A stretch of 64,000 bases of DNA. Source: an uncultured Porphyromonadaceae bacterium (GTDB lineage: Bacteria; Bacteroidota; Bacteroidia; Bacteroidales; Muribaculaceae). This document shows positions 18,615 to 28,705 of this stretch, piece after piece. A program made the translations under genes and the position numbers. The stretch lies in assembly GCA_947177635.1 (NCBI GenBank), contig CAMWVQ010000004.1, positions 14,481 to 78,480 on the forward strand. Reading direction: 5' to 3'. Under the pieces are notes generated by a model. It was not told where the DNA came from and did not search any database. It saw only the letters and a list, made by a program, of their open reading frames with translations. How positions within the stretch are numbered: the first letter of the stretch is position 1; every line of letters begins with the position of its first letter.

Positions 18615-20795
18615 ATGCCAAATATCAATATGTCATTTTCTCTTATGCGCCGCTTCCAGGGAATGCTGGCGGTGGGCGTCATTGCCATGCTGGCCGGAGC
18701 CGCCCCCCAGATGGGCGCCCGCACATTGTCGCCGTTGCTTGCCTCCGGAGCCGGGCCGAAGCCTGACGGTAAATCATCCGTCGCTGTCAGACAGTCGGCG
18801 GAACGTTACATTCCGCTGATTATCAAGCTTACGGATTCAAGCGCGGAGTTGCCCTCTTCGGTGACCGAGCTTCACAGGCGGGGGGGAATGGTATTGGCTT
18901 ATGTCCCGTATGACGACCTGGAGGAGGTGGCTGCTCTCGGGGTTATATCCCGTATAGAAGGGGGGCAGGTGTGTACCCCTGTCCTTGACCAGGCAAGGCT
19001 CTTCACCAATCTGCCGGAAATCGCCGTCTCTGAAGGGGTGGGGGAATATACCGGCAAGGGGGTGGTGGTCGGATTCGCCGACACCGGCTTCGACCCGAAC
19101 CATCTCGCGTTCAGGGATGCCGATACCGGTTGGTCGCGGGTGGTGCGTCTGACAAACTATGGTGAGTCACCCTCTGATGTTACCCGGCTTACGACACGGG
19201 AGGAAATCGCGGCGTGGCAGACCGATGACCCAGACCAATGGCACGCCACGCATGTGGGGGGCATTCTGGCCGGAGGATACAAGGGTAACCCGTATTGGGG
19301 CATCGCTACCGGCTCGGAGATAGTGGCCACGACCAGCATTCTTTACGACGCGTTGCTGCTGTCGGGGATGGAGGATGTCGTCGGGTATGCCCGGGAGGTT
19401 GGTAAGCCCGCGGTAATCAATATGTCGGTAAGTTCGAGCCTCGGCCCCCATGACGGCACCTCCCTTTTCTGCCAGTATCTCAGGCTGCTTGCCGAGGATG
19501 CCACAATCTGCATCTCGGCGGGCAATGACGGGGCCAGGGTCGGGATATGGAACGGAGTGTTCCCGGCCGACGGCCCTGCTGCGGCGGCCGTGGTTGATGT
19601 CCCCTCCTGGAGGCTTTTCAGGGCCAAGGGCTACATAGATGTATGGAGCCGCGACGCCTCCCCCCTTGATTTCGCCCTGCTGGTGGTCGACAACCAGACC
19701 AACCGTGTGGTGGCGCGGGTGCCGTTCCCCACGGTCTCTTCAGCGGGAGTTGAGCAGGGGTATGCCATCGCATCCTCCCCCGAGCGGCTTGAGGCTGCGG
19801 GAATATCCCCCGCAGAAAGCCTGGTTTCCAGGGAGTTCGCCGGATGTCTAAACGGCATCGTCACGCTGACAACCGAAGTCAACCCCGAAAACGGCAGGTT
19901 CAACGGACTGGTTTTCCTTGATGTGGAGAACCTTCCCGGCGATGACGGCGAAATCTCCGAACGTTACGAAATCGCCCTTGAGGTAAATGGGCGTATGGGG
20001 CAGAGAGTCACCGCATACGCGTCCGATCAGCTGCGATTCAGGGAAATAGACGGATATGACAATTTCTCTTATCTCGGGACAGACGGCGTGATAAATGACT
20101 TCGTGACCGGAGAGGGGGTGATTGGCGTCGGGGCGATGTGCTCGCGCAACAGATGGCCACAGCTTGACGGGGAAGATGGTGAAGGTTCCTACGGGGTAGG
20201 GGATGTGGCCGGCTTCTCCTCCTTGTGCACCGGGGGAACGACCGGACTCCTTCCCGACATAGTCGCTCCGGGAGCGTGGCTCGTGTCTTCCGTTTCAACC
20301 CCTTACGCCGTGGCGCACCCTGAAGTCATTCCGTCATACAGCCAGGTCAACACCGCAGATGGCATCGATTATTACTGGGACTCGGCGTCGGGTACCTCCA
20401 TGTCATCCCCCTATGTCGCGGGTGTGTGTGCCTTGTGGCTGGAGGCCAATCCTTATGCCACCCCGGCCGAGATAAAGGAGACCATCATATCGACGGCCAC
20501 AAAACCGACTGTCAACCCCGCCAATTCCAGGTGGGGCCGTGGAATCCTCAACTCATACGAGGGGTTGCGCAGGATTCTCGAGCTCGGAGGAGTGGAGGAG
20601 GTGAGGAGTGATGCCGCCCCCGGGGAGATGCCGCCGTTGCCATCCCCGTTAACGCCGGAATCTCTGGGACGGTATGCCCGGGATAACGGGTGTGATGTTT
20701 TCACCCCGTCAGGCCAGCCGGTATCCCCATACTCCGTCGGCCGGGGTGTCTACCTGCTGCGCTCAGGGAGCCGTGTGACCAAGGTGGCCCTCTGA
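18615..20795 (+). CDS. S8 (subtilisin-like) serine peptidase with T9SS-like C-terminal tail
   Basis: Catalytic motifs GFADTGFD (Asp), WHATHVGGILAG (His), ISAGNDG (oxyanion Asn) and SGTSMSSPYVAG (Ser). Signal peptide. Tail VFTPSGQ..GVYLLR..VTKV. Confidence 0.9.
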   Translation: MPNINMSFSLMRRFQGMLAVGVIAMLAGAAPQMGARTLSPLLASGAGPKPDGKSSVAVRQSAERYIPLIIKLTDSSAELPSSVTELHRRGGMVLAYVPYDDLEEVAALGVISRIEGGQVCTPVLDQARLFTNLPEIAVSEGVGEYTGKGVVVGFADTGFDPNHLAFRDADTGWSRVVRLTNYGESPSDVTRLTTREEIAAWQTDDPDQWHATHVGGILAGGYKGNPYWGIATGSEIVATTSILYDALLLSGMEDVVGYAREVGKPAVINMSVSSSLGPHDGTSLFCQYLRLLAEDATICISAGNDGARVGIWNGVFPADGPAAAAVVDVPSWRLFRAKGYIDVWSRDASPLDFALLVVDNQTNRVVARVPFPTVSSAGVEQGYAIASSPERLEAAGISPAESLVSREFAGCLNGIVTLTTEVNPENGRFNGLVFLDVENLPGDDGEISERYEIALEVNGRMGQRVTAYASDQLRFREIDGYDNFSYLGTDGVINDFVTGEGVIGVGAMCSRNRWPQLDGEDGEGSYGVGDVAGFSSLCTGGTTGLLPDIVAPGAWLVSSVSTPYAVAHPEVIPSYSQVNTADGIDYYWDSASGTSMSSPYVAGVCALWLEANPYATPAEIKETIISTATKPTVNPANSRWGRGILNSYEGLRRILELGGVEEVRSDAAPGEMPPLPSPLTPESLGRYARDNGCDVFTPSGQPVSPYSVGRGVYLLRSGSRVTKVAL

Positions 20796-20818
20796 GCATC
20801 CATTAAAACCGCCTAAAT

Positions 20819-20849
20819 TTTGTCAGGTGAGGTAAATTTGTTAATTTTG
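20819..20849 (+). promoter_or_regulatory. sigmaA promoter of cdsA-purM-mltF
   Basis: TTTG-N19-TAATTTTG. Confidence 0.7.
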
Positions 20850-20873
20850 CGTTGTCATCGAAATATCACTATA

Positions 20874-21731
20874 ATGAAAAATGTTCTGACGCGTTCCCTG
20901 ACCGGTCTGCTGTATATAGCAGTCATAGTCGGCGCCATATTCGGCGGCCGGATTTGGTTCTGGGGGCTGACGGTGCTTTTCGGAGTGCTGGGTATCAATG
21001 AATTCAACAAGATATCAAACAAAGGGCGCATATCCAACACGACAGCCCTGCTCGATATGCTCGCCGCGGTAGCGCTGATTTCGGCCGGGTCTGTGATGTC
21101 GGCGGCCAACGCGTTGCCCGGTTTCCTTGCTTCGTGGAACCTCTCTACATTCCTTTTTGCCTATATAGTCTGCCTGATGGCGCGCCTGGTGGCGCAGCTG
21201 TATGTGCAGGACGGCAACGCCCTGGCCCATTACGCCAACTCCTTCATGGGGCAGCTTTACATAGCCTTCCCGATGTGTCTGCTGGGATGGCTTTACAGCC
21301 TGACCTCCCCGGTCTTCGTCCTGTCGGTGTTCATACTGATATGGCTCAGCGACACCGGGGCGTTCTGTGTCGGCTCCCTCATCGGACGTCACAAGCTTTT
21401 CGAACGTATCTCCCCCAAGAAGTCGTGGGAAGGCTTTTTCGGCGGACTCTTCTTCTGCCTCGTGGCGGCGGTCGTGTTCTCCTTCTGTTTCCCCGCTGAC
21501 TTCCGCGGAATGAACATCTGGCAGATGCTCGGCCTCGGCGCGGTTGTCTGTGTGTTCGGCACCTGGGGAGACCTCGTGGAATCACTCATCAAACGTACAC
21601 TCGGGGTAAAGGACTCCGGCAACATACTTCCGGGCCACGGGGGAATCCTCGACCGGATAGACTCGCTACTGCTTGTGGTGCCTGCCACAATGGCATACAT
21701 GCTCTCGCTCGCCGTGCTGGCTTGCATATAA
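20874..21731 (+). CDS. cdsA: Phosphatidate cytidylyltransferase
   Basis: Start at 20874. WLSDTGAF..G..GRHKL..ISPKKSWEG and GDL.ES.IKR..GVKDSG.ILPGHGGILDRIDS signature. Confidence 0.95.
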   Translation: MKNVLTRSLTGLLYIAVIVGAIFGGRIWFWGLTVLFGVLGINEFNKISNKGRISNTTALLDMLAAVALISAGSVMSAANALPGFLASWNLSTFLFAYIVCLMARLVAQLYVQDGNALAHYANSFMGQLYIAFPMCLLGWLYSLTSPVFVLSVFILIWLSDTGAFCVGSLIGRHKLFERISPKKSWEGFFGGLFFCLVAAVVFSFCFPADFRGMNIWQMLGLGAVVCVFGTWGDLVESLIKRTLGVKDSGNILPGHGGILDRIDSLLLVVPATMAYMLSLAVLACI

Positions 21732-22912
21732 TGAATCAGACTATGACTTCCAACGAACGATATATGATGCGCGGAGTTTCCGCCGCCAAAGAAGATGTCC
21801 ACAACGCGATAAAGAATGTAGACAAGGGGCTTTACCCCAAGGCGTTCTGCAAGATAATCCCCGACATTCTCGGGGGAGACCCCCAGTGGTGCAACATCAT
21901 GCACGCAGACGGGGCCGGAACCAAATCTTCCCTCGCCTATGCCTACTGGCGCGAGACCGGCGACCTGTCGGTATGGCGCGGCATTGCCCAGGACGCGCTG
22001 GTGATGAACATCGACGACCTCCTCTGCGTGGGGGCCACAGACAACATCCTTGTCTCCTCCACCATCGGCCGCAACAAGCGCCTGATTCCCGGAGAGGTGA
22101 TCGCAGCCATCATCAACGGCACCGAGGAGCTGCTCGAGCGGATGCGTTCCCTCGGGGTGAGCATCTACTCGACCGGCGGCGAGACGGCAGATGTCGGTGA
22201 CCTCGTGCGCACAATCATTGTGGATTCCACCGTCACATGCCGAATGCGCCGTCAGGATGTTGTCGACAACGCTAACATCAAGGGTGGCGACGTGATTGTC
22301 GGTCTCTCCTCTTCGGGCAAAGCCACCTATGAGGAGGAATACAACGGCGGAATGGGAAGCAACGGTCTGACCTCGGCCCGCCACGATGTCTTCGCCAAGG
22401 AGGCGGGGATCAAGTTCCCAGAGACTTACGACGGCGGAATGCCGGAGGAACTCGCGTACAGCGGCAAGGTGAGCCTCACCGAACCTGTTGAGGGTACGCC
22501 GCTCGATGCCGGGAAACTCGTTCTGTCGCCCACCCGCACCTACGCGCCGGTGATAAAGAAGCTCCTTGAGGAGATGCGCCCCGCAATCCACGGTATGGTT
22601 CATTGCACCGGTGGCGCCCAGACAAAGGTGCTTCATTTCGTCGAGGGGAAACATGTGATAAAAGACAACCTTTTCCCCGTGCCGCCGTTGTTCGCCCTCA
22701 TACAGGAGCAGAGCGGAACCGACTGGCGCGAGATGTACAAGGTGTTCAACATGGGGCACCGTATGGAGATATATGTCGCTCCCGAGGATGCCGCCAAGGT
22801 TATGGCCATATCGGAAAGCTTCGGTATCGAGGCCCGCATTGTCGGCCGAGTGGAGGACGCCCCCGCCAACCGTCTGACAATCTCAGGCGAGCACGGCACA
22901 TTTGAATATTGA
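21731..22912 (+). CDS. purM: Phosphoribosylformylglycinamidine cyclo-ligase (Bacteroidetes-type AIR synthase)
   Basis: RGVSAAKEDVH, HADGAGTKS, GGETADVGD, GMGSNGLTSARH, HCTGGAQTK and VFNMGHRME; TAATG stop/start overlap with cdsA. Confidence 0.9.
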   Translation: MNQTMTSNERYMMRGVSAAKEDVHNAIKNVDKGLYPKAFCKIIPDILGGDPQWCNIMHADGAGTKSSLAYAYWRETGDLSVWRGIAQDALVMNIDDLLCVGATDNILVSSTIGRNKRLIPGEVIAAIINGTEELLERMRSLGVSIYSTGGETADVGDLVRTIIVDSTVTCRMRRQDVVDNANIKGGDVIVGLSSSGKATYEEEYNGGMGSNGLTSARHDVFAKEAGIKFPETYDGGMPEELAYSGKVSLTEPVEGTPLDAGKLVLSPTRTYAPVIKKLLEEMRPAIHGMVHCTGGAQTKVLHFVEGKHVIKDNLFPVPPLFALIQEQSGTDWREMYKVFNMGHRMEIYVAPEDAAKVMAISESFGIEARIVGRVEDAPANRLTISGEHGTFEY

Positions 22913-22953
22913 ACCGTTTCGGATACCCAACATTGTCTGCCGGCATCTTGAAT

Positions 22954-24372
22954 ATGACGCTCCGGCGGCTGTCGCCATTGATGGCATTGGTCGTGTCGGT
23001 GTTGCTGCCGGGCCTTTCGGGCTGCGGTGGCAGAGGCAACGCGGAGTCATCGGAGTCTTCCGAAATGGAGGCGCGTCCGTTGCCCGACACACTCAGGGTG
23101 GCCACACTTTACAGCCCGACATCATACTTCCTCTACCGTGACCAGGAGATGGGCTATGACTACAGCCTCGTGACCCAGTGGGCCGAGGAGAAGGGGATGG
23201 TGGTCGACCTGACCGTCGCTCCATCCATGGCCCGCCTGGTCGAGATGCTCGACTCGGGCGACATCGACCTGGCCGCGTATGAGATACCCGTCACTGCGGA
23301 ATACCGTCAGCAGGTGGTCGCCTGCGGCCCTGAATATGTCACCACGCAGGTGCTCGTGCAGCCCCTCAAGGATGGGAAGCCTGAAATCACCGACGAGACC
23401 CAGCTCATAGGCCGCGATGTCTATGTCGAGGCCGGCTCGAAATATGACTACAGGCTGCGCAACCTCGACAGCGAGCTTGGTGGAGGAATACGCATCCATG
23501 AGGTCGACCGCGACACGCTCATCACCGAAGACCTTGTCGGGATGGTGTCTGACGGTACGATACCCCTGACGGTGGTTGACAGCGACATCGCCCGAATCAA
23601 CAAGACATATTACCGCGACCTGGATGTATCGTTGCCCCTGAGTTTCCCGCAGAAAGCTTCCTGGGGGGTGGCTCCCGGCAATGAATGGCTCGCCGACTCG
23701 GTCAACGAGTGGTTCCTGCAAGAGGCCCCCAAACGGCGTCAGGCCGAGCTGCTCAAGCGTTATTTCGAGCTGAGCAAGAATGGTGACGCCGACTTCACCG
23801 GCGCGATTTCACTCGACCTCTCGAAGGGGGTCATCTCCCCCTACGACGCCATTTTCAGGAGCGCGGCAAAGAAGATGGGGTGGGACTGGCGCATACTCGC
23901 CGCCGTGGGCTACGCCGAAAGCGGCTTCAAGACCAACCTTGTCTCTTGGGCAGGGGCGAGGGGACTGATGCAGATAATGCCCCGTTCGGCGGTCGCATAC
24001 GGGCTGCCGATCGAGAAGATTGAAGACCCCCAGGCCAACATTGAGGCCGCCGCCCGTATTCTTGCCGACCTCGACCGTTCGCTGGCGAAGAAGGTGCCCG
24101 ACTCCGGGGAACGCCTTAAATTCGTCATCGCCGCCTACAACTCCGGAATAGGTCACATATACGACGCCATAGCCCTTGCCGGCAAATACGGTCGCGACCC
24201 GCAGGTATGGGACGGCAACGTCGAACAGGCATTGCTGATGAAGGCCAATCCGGAATATTATTCCGACCCGGTATGCCGTAACGGCTATTTCGGCGGCCGC
24301 CATACAGTCGCGTATGTCAGGAAGGTGAGCGGGCTGCTCGAGCGGTTCCGGCAAAAAATCCCCTCCTCCTGA
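22954..24372 (+). CDS. mltF: MltF-like lytic transglycosylase (PBP domain plus SLT domain), lipoprotein
   Basis: Start likely 22954 (lipobox LSGC). PBP part LRVATLYSPTSYF..MGYDY; SLT motifs ESGF, GARGLMQIMP and AAYNSGIGH. Confidence 0.82.
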   Translation: MTLRRLSPLMALVVSVLLPGLSGCGGRGNAESSESSEMEARPLPDTLRVATLYSPTSYFLYRDQEMGYDYSLVTQWAEEKGMVVDLTVAPSMARLVEMLDSGDIDLAAYEIPVTAEYRQQVVACGPEYVTTQVLVQPLKDGKPEITDETQLIGRDVYVEAGSKYDYRLRNLDSELGGGIRIHEVDRDTLITEDLVGMVSDGTIPLTVVDSDIARINKTYYRDLDVSLPLSFPQKASWGVAPGNEWLADSVNEWFLQEAPKRRQAELLKRYFELSKNGDADFTGAISLDLSKGVISPYDAIFRSAAKKMGWDWRILAAVGYAESGFKTNLVSWAGARGLMQIMPRSAVAYGLPIEKIEDPQANIEAAARILADLDRSLAKKVPDSGERLKFVIAAYNSGIGHIYDAIALAGKYGRDPQVWDGNVEQALLMKANPEYYSDPVCRNGYFGGRHTVAYVRKVSGLLERFRQKIPSS

Positions 24373-24496
24373 ACCTCTGCGGTGTCGGCGTTGTTCCGAA
24401 TTACAAGGCAGGGCGCGATCCTTGTGATTTACAGCTCCTCCTTATTGTCTATCCCGATTTCAACTATGTCACTAAACAATACAAGATAAAGAAACA

Positions 24497-25057
24497 ATGA
24501 GAAAACGTTATCTGTCCGTAGCCGTAGTGCTCACACTCCTGGCATCTTTCACCTTCACATCGTGTATCGGCTCATTCGCCCTCTCCAACAAGCTCCTGAG
24601 CTGGAACAAGCAGATTGGCAACAAGTTTGTCAACGAGCTGGTGTTCTTCTGCTTCTGGATTCTCCCCGTCTATGAGGTTACCGGCCTGGCCGATATCCTG
24701 GTTCTCAACTCCATCGAGTTCTGGAGCGGAAGCAACCCCGTGGCCCAGGGCCGTTCGGTGATTGAGGGTGCAGACGGCCGCTATCTGGTTGACTGCGATG
24801 GCAAAGGCTACACTATCACCTCGGAGAACGACGGTTCCGTGGTTCGTCTCGACTTCGACGCCGAGGATAACTCATGGAGCGCATCCGCCAATGGCTCCGA
24901 ACCCGTGAAGTTCATGACTTTCGTTGACGACACCCATGTCGAGATGCTTACCCCCGACGGAGGCGCGCAGCTCGTCGAGCTTTCAGAGCAGGGAATGATG
25001 GCTTACCGCGAGACCGTGGCTACCTCTGCCGCCTCCGCGCTGTATGCCTGCAACTGA
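24497..25057 (+). CDS. DUF3332 family protein (probable lipoprotein)
   Basis: SCIGSF.LSNKLL.WN..GNKFVNELVF..ILPVYEV..LAD..VLNSIEFWSGSNP, recognised by pattern. Confidence 0.78.
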   Translation: MRKRYLSVAVVLTLLASFTFTSCIGSFALSNKLLSWNKQIGNKFVNELVFFCFWILPVYEVTGLADILVLNSIEFWSGSNPVAQGRSVIEGADGRYLVDCDGKGYTITSENDGSVVRLDFDAEDNSWSASANGSEPVKFMTFVDDTHVEMLTPDGGAQLVELSEQGMMAYRETVATSAASALYACN

Positions 25058-25272
25058 TAACCGGCAGACCGGGGGCAACAGGTATGTCGCTTTGATGACT
25101 GATTCCCCGGAAACTTTTTTGGCTTAATTCGCGTTATAACGGGAGGCAAGGCACCCCTGCAGGGGTGTCGTGTCTCCCGTCGGCGCGTATGCCTCAACGG
25201 TATTGCAGGGCGCAAAGTGAAGATACCTGCAGGAGCGTCAGGGTGATGATGCCATAGAATTTGAGCGAAACG

Positions 25273-25304
25273 CTTGGAAAATTTAACTTAAATGGTTAAC
25301 TTTG
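25273..25304 (+). promoter_or_regulatory. sigmaA promoter of pgm
   Basis: CTTG-N20-TAACTTTG. Confidence 0.65.
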
Positions 25305-25377
25305 CAGAGATACGCCCTGACACAACAGCTAATAGACAATACAAAACCAATACCATAACACTCCATATCAGACTATA

Positions 25378-27126
25378 ATGGAAAACCAGGAACTCCTCAA
25401 GACAGTAAAGGAGAGAGCCCAGGTCTGGCTCTCCGAACAATACGACGAGGCTACCCGCGCTGAAGTAAAGCAGATGCTCGAAGCCGAAGACCCCACCCCC
25501 CTGATTGAAGCTTTCTACCGTGACCTCGAATTCGGCACCGGTGGTCTGCGCGGCATCATGGGCCCCGGCACCAACCGCATGAACATCTACACCGTGGGTG
25601 CTGCCACCCAGGGTCTGGCCAACTACCTCAAGGAGGCTTTCGCCGACCTCGACCAGATTTCGGTAGCAGTAGGCCACGACGTGCGCAACAACTCCCGCAA
25701 GTTTGCTGAAATCGTTGCCAACATCTTCTCGGCCAACGGCATCAAGGCTTATCTCTTCGACAGCTTCCGTCCCACCCCCGAGCTTTCGTTCGCCATCCGC
25801 GAGCTGGGCTGCCAGAGCGGTGTGAACATCACTGCCTCACACAACCCCAAGGAATACAACGGCTACAAGGCATACTGGGCTGACGGCGCGCAGATCATCG
25901 CCCCCCACGACGTCAACATCATCAACCACGTCAACGCCATCAAGTCGGTAGGCGACATCAAGTTCCAGGGCAACCCCGAGCTGATTGAAATCATCGGCGA
26001 GGATATCGACAACAAGTTCCTCGCTGCCATCAAGGAGCTTTCACTCTCCCCCGACGTTATCGAGCGTCACAAAAACCTCAAGATTGTCTACACCCCGATT
26101 CACGGTACTGGCGTGAAGCTCGTCCCCGACTCACTCAGGAACTACGGTTTCACCAACATCATCCACGTTCCCGAACAGGACATCCCCTCCGGCGATTTCC
26201 CCACCGTGGAGTCCCCCAACCCCGAGAACGCCTCTGCTATGGCTATGGCTGTTGCCAAGGCGAAAGAGGTTGAGGCCGACCTCGTTGTGGCTTCCGACCC
26301 CGACGCAGACCGTATCGGATGTGTCATCCGCGACACAGACGGCGAGTATGTGCTGGTAAACGGCAACCAGATTGTGCTGGTGCTTCTCAACTACCTGATG
26401 ACCCGCAACGCAGAGCTGGGCAAGCTGACAGGCAACGAATATGTTGTTAAGACCATCGTCACCACCGAGACCATCAAGCGCATCGCCGATGCCAACAACA
26501 TCAAGATGTATGACTGCTACACCGGCTTCAAGTGGATTGCTTCAGTGATCCGCGACAACGAGCAGATCGCCCGCTACCTCGGCGGCGGCGAGGAGTCATA
26601 CGGCTTCCTGGCCGAGACATTCTGCCGCGACAAAGACTCCGTTTCCGCTATCTCCCTTATGGCAGAGACCCTCGCATGGGCCAAGGAGAACGGTCTGTCG
26701 TTCATGGAGATGCTCCAGGACATCTATGTCAAGTATGGCTACTCCCACGAGCTCGGAATCTCTGTTGTCCGTCCCGGCAAGTCTGGTGCTGACGAAATCC
26801 AGGCTATGATGAAGAACTTCCGCGAGAATCCTCCCAAGAGCATCGCCGGAAGCCCCGTTGTCTGCGTCAAGGACTACCTGACCCTCAACGAGACCTGCCT
26901 GAAGTGCAACGAGGTGAAGAAGCTCGACTTCCCCACAACCTCCAACGTTCTCCAGTACTTCACAGAGGATGGTTCGAAGATTTCGGTGCGTCCCTCAGGA
27001 ACAGAGCCTAAAATCAAGTTCTACATCGAGGTTCGCGGCGAGATGAAGACCCGTGCCGACTACCACAAAGCCGAAGAGGCCGCCAAGGCGAAAATCGAGG
27101 CTGTGCGCAAAGACCTCGGCATCTGA
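25378..27126 (+). CDS. pgm: Phosphoglucomutase/phosphomannomutase
   Basis: FGTGGLRG, ITASHNP (phosphoserine), DPDADR (metal loop), GEESYG and RPSGTEPKIKFY. Confidence 0.93.
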   Translation: MENQELLKTVKERAQVWLSEQYDEATRAEVKQMLEAEDPTPLIEAFYRDLEFGTGGLRGIMGPGTNRMNIYTVGAATQGLANYLKEAFADLDQISVAVGHDVRNNSRKFAEIVANIFSANGIKAYLFDSFRPTPELSFAIRELGCQSGVNITASHNPKEYNGYKAYWADGAQIIAPHDVNIINHVNAIKSVGDIKFQGNPELIEIIGEDIDNKFLAAIKELSLSPDVIERHKNLKIVYTPIHGTGVKLVPDSLRNYGFTNIIHVPEQDIPSGDFPTVESPNPENASAMAMAVAKAKEVEADLVVASDPDADRIGCVIRDTDGEYVLVNGNQIVLVLLNYLMTRNAELGKLTGNEYVVKTIVTTETIKRIADANNIKMYDCYTGFKWIASVIRDNEQIARYLGGGEESYGFLAETFCRDKDSVSAISLMAETLAWAKENGLSFMEMLQDIYVKYGYSHELGISVVRPGKSGADEIQAMMKNFRENPPKSIAGSPVVCVKDYLTLNETCLKCNEVKKLDFPTTSNVLQYFTEDGSKISVRPSGTEPKIKFYIEVRGEMKTRADYHKAEEAAKAKIEAVRKDLGI

Positions 27127-27138
27127 TAATCCGACATA

Positions 27139-27164
27139 TGACAGCGGCGTTTACGCCGCTGTCA
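27139..27164. terminator. Short GC hairpin after pgm
   Basis: TGACAGCGGCGT-TT-ACGCCGCTGTCA perfect inverted repeat. Confidence 0.55.
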
Positions 27165-27166
27165 AG

Positions 27167-27210
27167 CGAAAAAGCCGGTGTGTCAAACAGTTGACACACC
27201 GGCTTTTTCG
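27167..27210. terminator. Bidirectional terminator between pgm and the thi operon
   Basis: Perfect 20-bp arms CGAAAAAGCCGGTGTGTCAA / TTGACACACCGGCTTTTTCG with 4-nt loop and A5/T5 flanks. Confidence 0.85.
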
Positions 27211-27225
27211 TTTATCTTCCGGATG

Positions 27226-28035
27226 TCAGTCCCAGAAAGAGTGGAAATGGTGGACGGGCCCGTGGCCGTGACCGACGGTGTATTCCGCTCCGGCGAGAAT
27301 CGCCGCCGAGATGTAATCCTTGGCCAGGCGGCAGGCCTCAGGAAGGGAGTTGCCAAGGGCGAGATATGAGGCAATGGCCGAAGAGAGAGTGCAGCCGGTG
27401 CCGTGGGTGTTGACTGTGGCGATTTTCGGCGACTCCATAAGATGGATGGTGTCGGTTTCGGCGTCATACAGGATGTCTGAAAGGGTCTCTGAGTCGAGAT
27501 GGCCCGCTTTCAGAAACACCGATACCCTTCCCCCTTGTGACAGCTGTCGGGCAGCCTCCCGGAGGTCATCCCCGGCGGAAAGTTTTCTCCCGAGAAGTAT
27601 TTCTGCCTCAGGGATGTTGGGTGTGATGAGCCGGGCCGAGGGTATCAGTTCGTCGCGCAGCGTTGTGATGGCATCCTCGCGTAGCAAAGGGTCGCCGGAG
27701 GTGGCCACCATCACCGGGTCGAGGACAATATCCCTGATCGGGTAGGCGCGTAGGGTGTCGCGCACCGCGAGTATGAGCTCCGCGCTGTGGAGCATCCCGA
27801 TTTTGATTGCGTCCGCCCCGATGTCGTCGAGACACGAACGTATCTGGCCTGTGACGAAATCAACCGGGAGTGGATGCACACCGGTTACTCCGACGGTGTT
27901 CTCATCCACGACGGCCACAACGGCGGTCATTCCGTAGCAACCCAATGCCGAGAAGGTCTTGAGGTCGGCCTGCAGCCCGGCTCCTCCGCTTGGGTCGCTC
28001 CCGGCTATAGAGAGGCAACGGCGGTAGCTCTTCAT
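27226..28035 (-). CDS. thiD: HMP/HMP-P kinase
   Basis: Start 28035 (ATGA overlap with tenA). SIAGSDPSGGAGLQADLKTF, IKIGML, VLDPVMVA, ITPNIPEAE and THGTGCTLSSAIA. Confidence 0.95.
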   Translation of the reverse strand: MKSYRRCLSIAGSDPSGGAGLQADLKTFSALGCYGMTAVVAVVDENTVGVTGVHPLPVDFVTGQIRSCLDDIGADAIKIGMLHSAELILAVRDTLRAYPIRDIVLDPVMVATSGDPLLREDAITTLRDELIPSARLITPNIPEAEILLGRKLSAGDDLREAARQLSQGGRVSVFLKAGHLDSETLSDILYDAETDTIHLMESPKIATVNTHGTGCTLSSAIASYLALGNSLPEACRLAKDYISAAILAGAEYTVGHGHGPVHHFHSFWD

Positions 28036-28679
28036 ATCTTCCAGCCCTCCCCGCTGTATGCGCTCTCCCAGAACATCCATTCCATACGGGTGCAAGTCAC
28101 ATATATGTCGGTCATCGCCGCGCGCAGCTGCGTCGACCCGTTTTCAGCCAACCGGTCGCAGATTTCGATGGCGCGGGTGTTTGACTTGTCAAACCAGGGG
28201 TTGTCATATGTGTCAATCCATTTCTGGTAGGGATTCCCCTCAGCCGCGTTGGCCTTGATATGTTTCCCTACTTCGTGATAGACCCAGAAGCAGGGGAGGA
28301 TGGCTGCGGCGGCAACCTCCACCGGTGCGGTGGCCTGGGCCGACAGGATAGAGCAGTAGAGCAGACAGGCAGGACTTTTGACCACTTTGCCCATGTCTGT
28401 GTCGGCGAGATATGATTTGTGCATCTCCTCCTCGACGGCGACCCCGTCCTTGGCGAAGTCGAGAAACGAGGCAACCTGGTCGATTTCAGGAAGCCGCGAC
28501 GCGATGTTGGCCAGCACGCGCGAGTAGTTCTCGATATAGAGCGCGTCTTGCCGGAGATAGCGGTTGAAGACTTCGCGGGGGAGAGTCCCGGCGATAAGTT
28601 CCTTGATGAAAGGCAGTTCAAGGATTGCGTTGTAGAGGGGCAGTGCGGCTTGCCATGCCTCCTGGCTCCATTTTGTCAT
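28032..28679 (-). CDS. tenA: TenA thiaminase II / aminopyrimidine aminohydrolase
   Basis: LPFIKEL.AGTL..F..YL.QD.LY, catalytic LPC(F)WVY, NPY.KWI.TY and E..FWE. Confidence 0.88.
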   Translation of the reverse strand: MTKWSQEAWQAALPLYNAILELPFIKELIAGTLPREVFNRYLRQDALYIENYSRVLANIASRLPEIDQVASFLDFAKDGVAVEEEMHKSYLADTDMGKVVKSPACLLYCSILSAQATAPVEVAAAAILPCFWVYHEVGKHIKANAAEGNPYQKWIDTYDNPWFDKSNTRAIEICDRLAENGSTQLRAAMTDIYVTCTRMEWMFWESAYSGEGWKI

Positions 28680-28705
28680 ATTAGGGAGTTGATTGTGGTT
28701 TATGT

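Noticed and set aside
21389-22759. 456-aa antisense ORF over cdsA/purM
   Set aside because: Typical shadow ORF of a GC-rich, codon-biased sense gene, with no recognisable domain.
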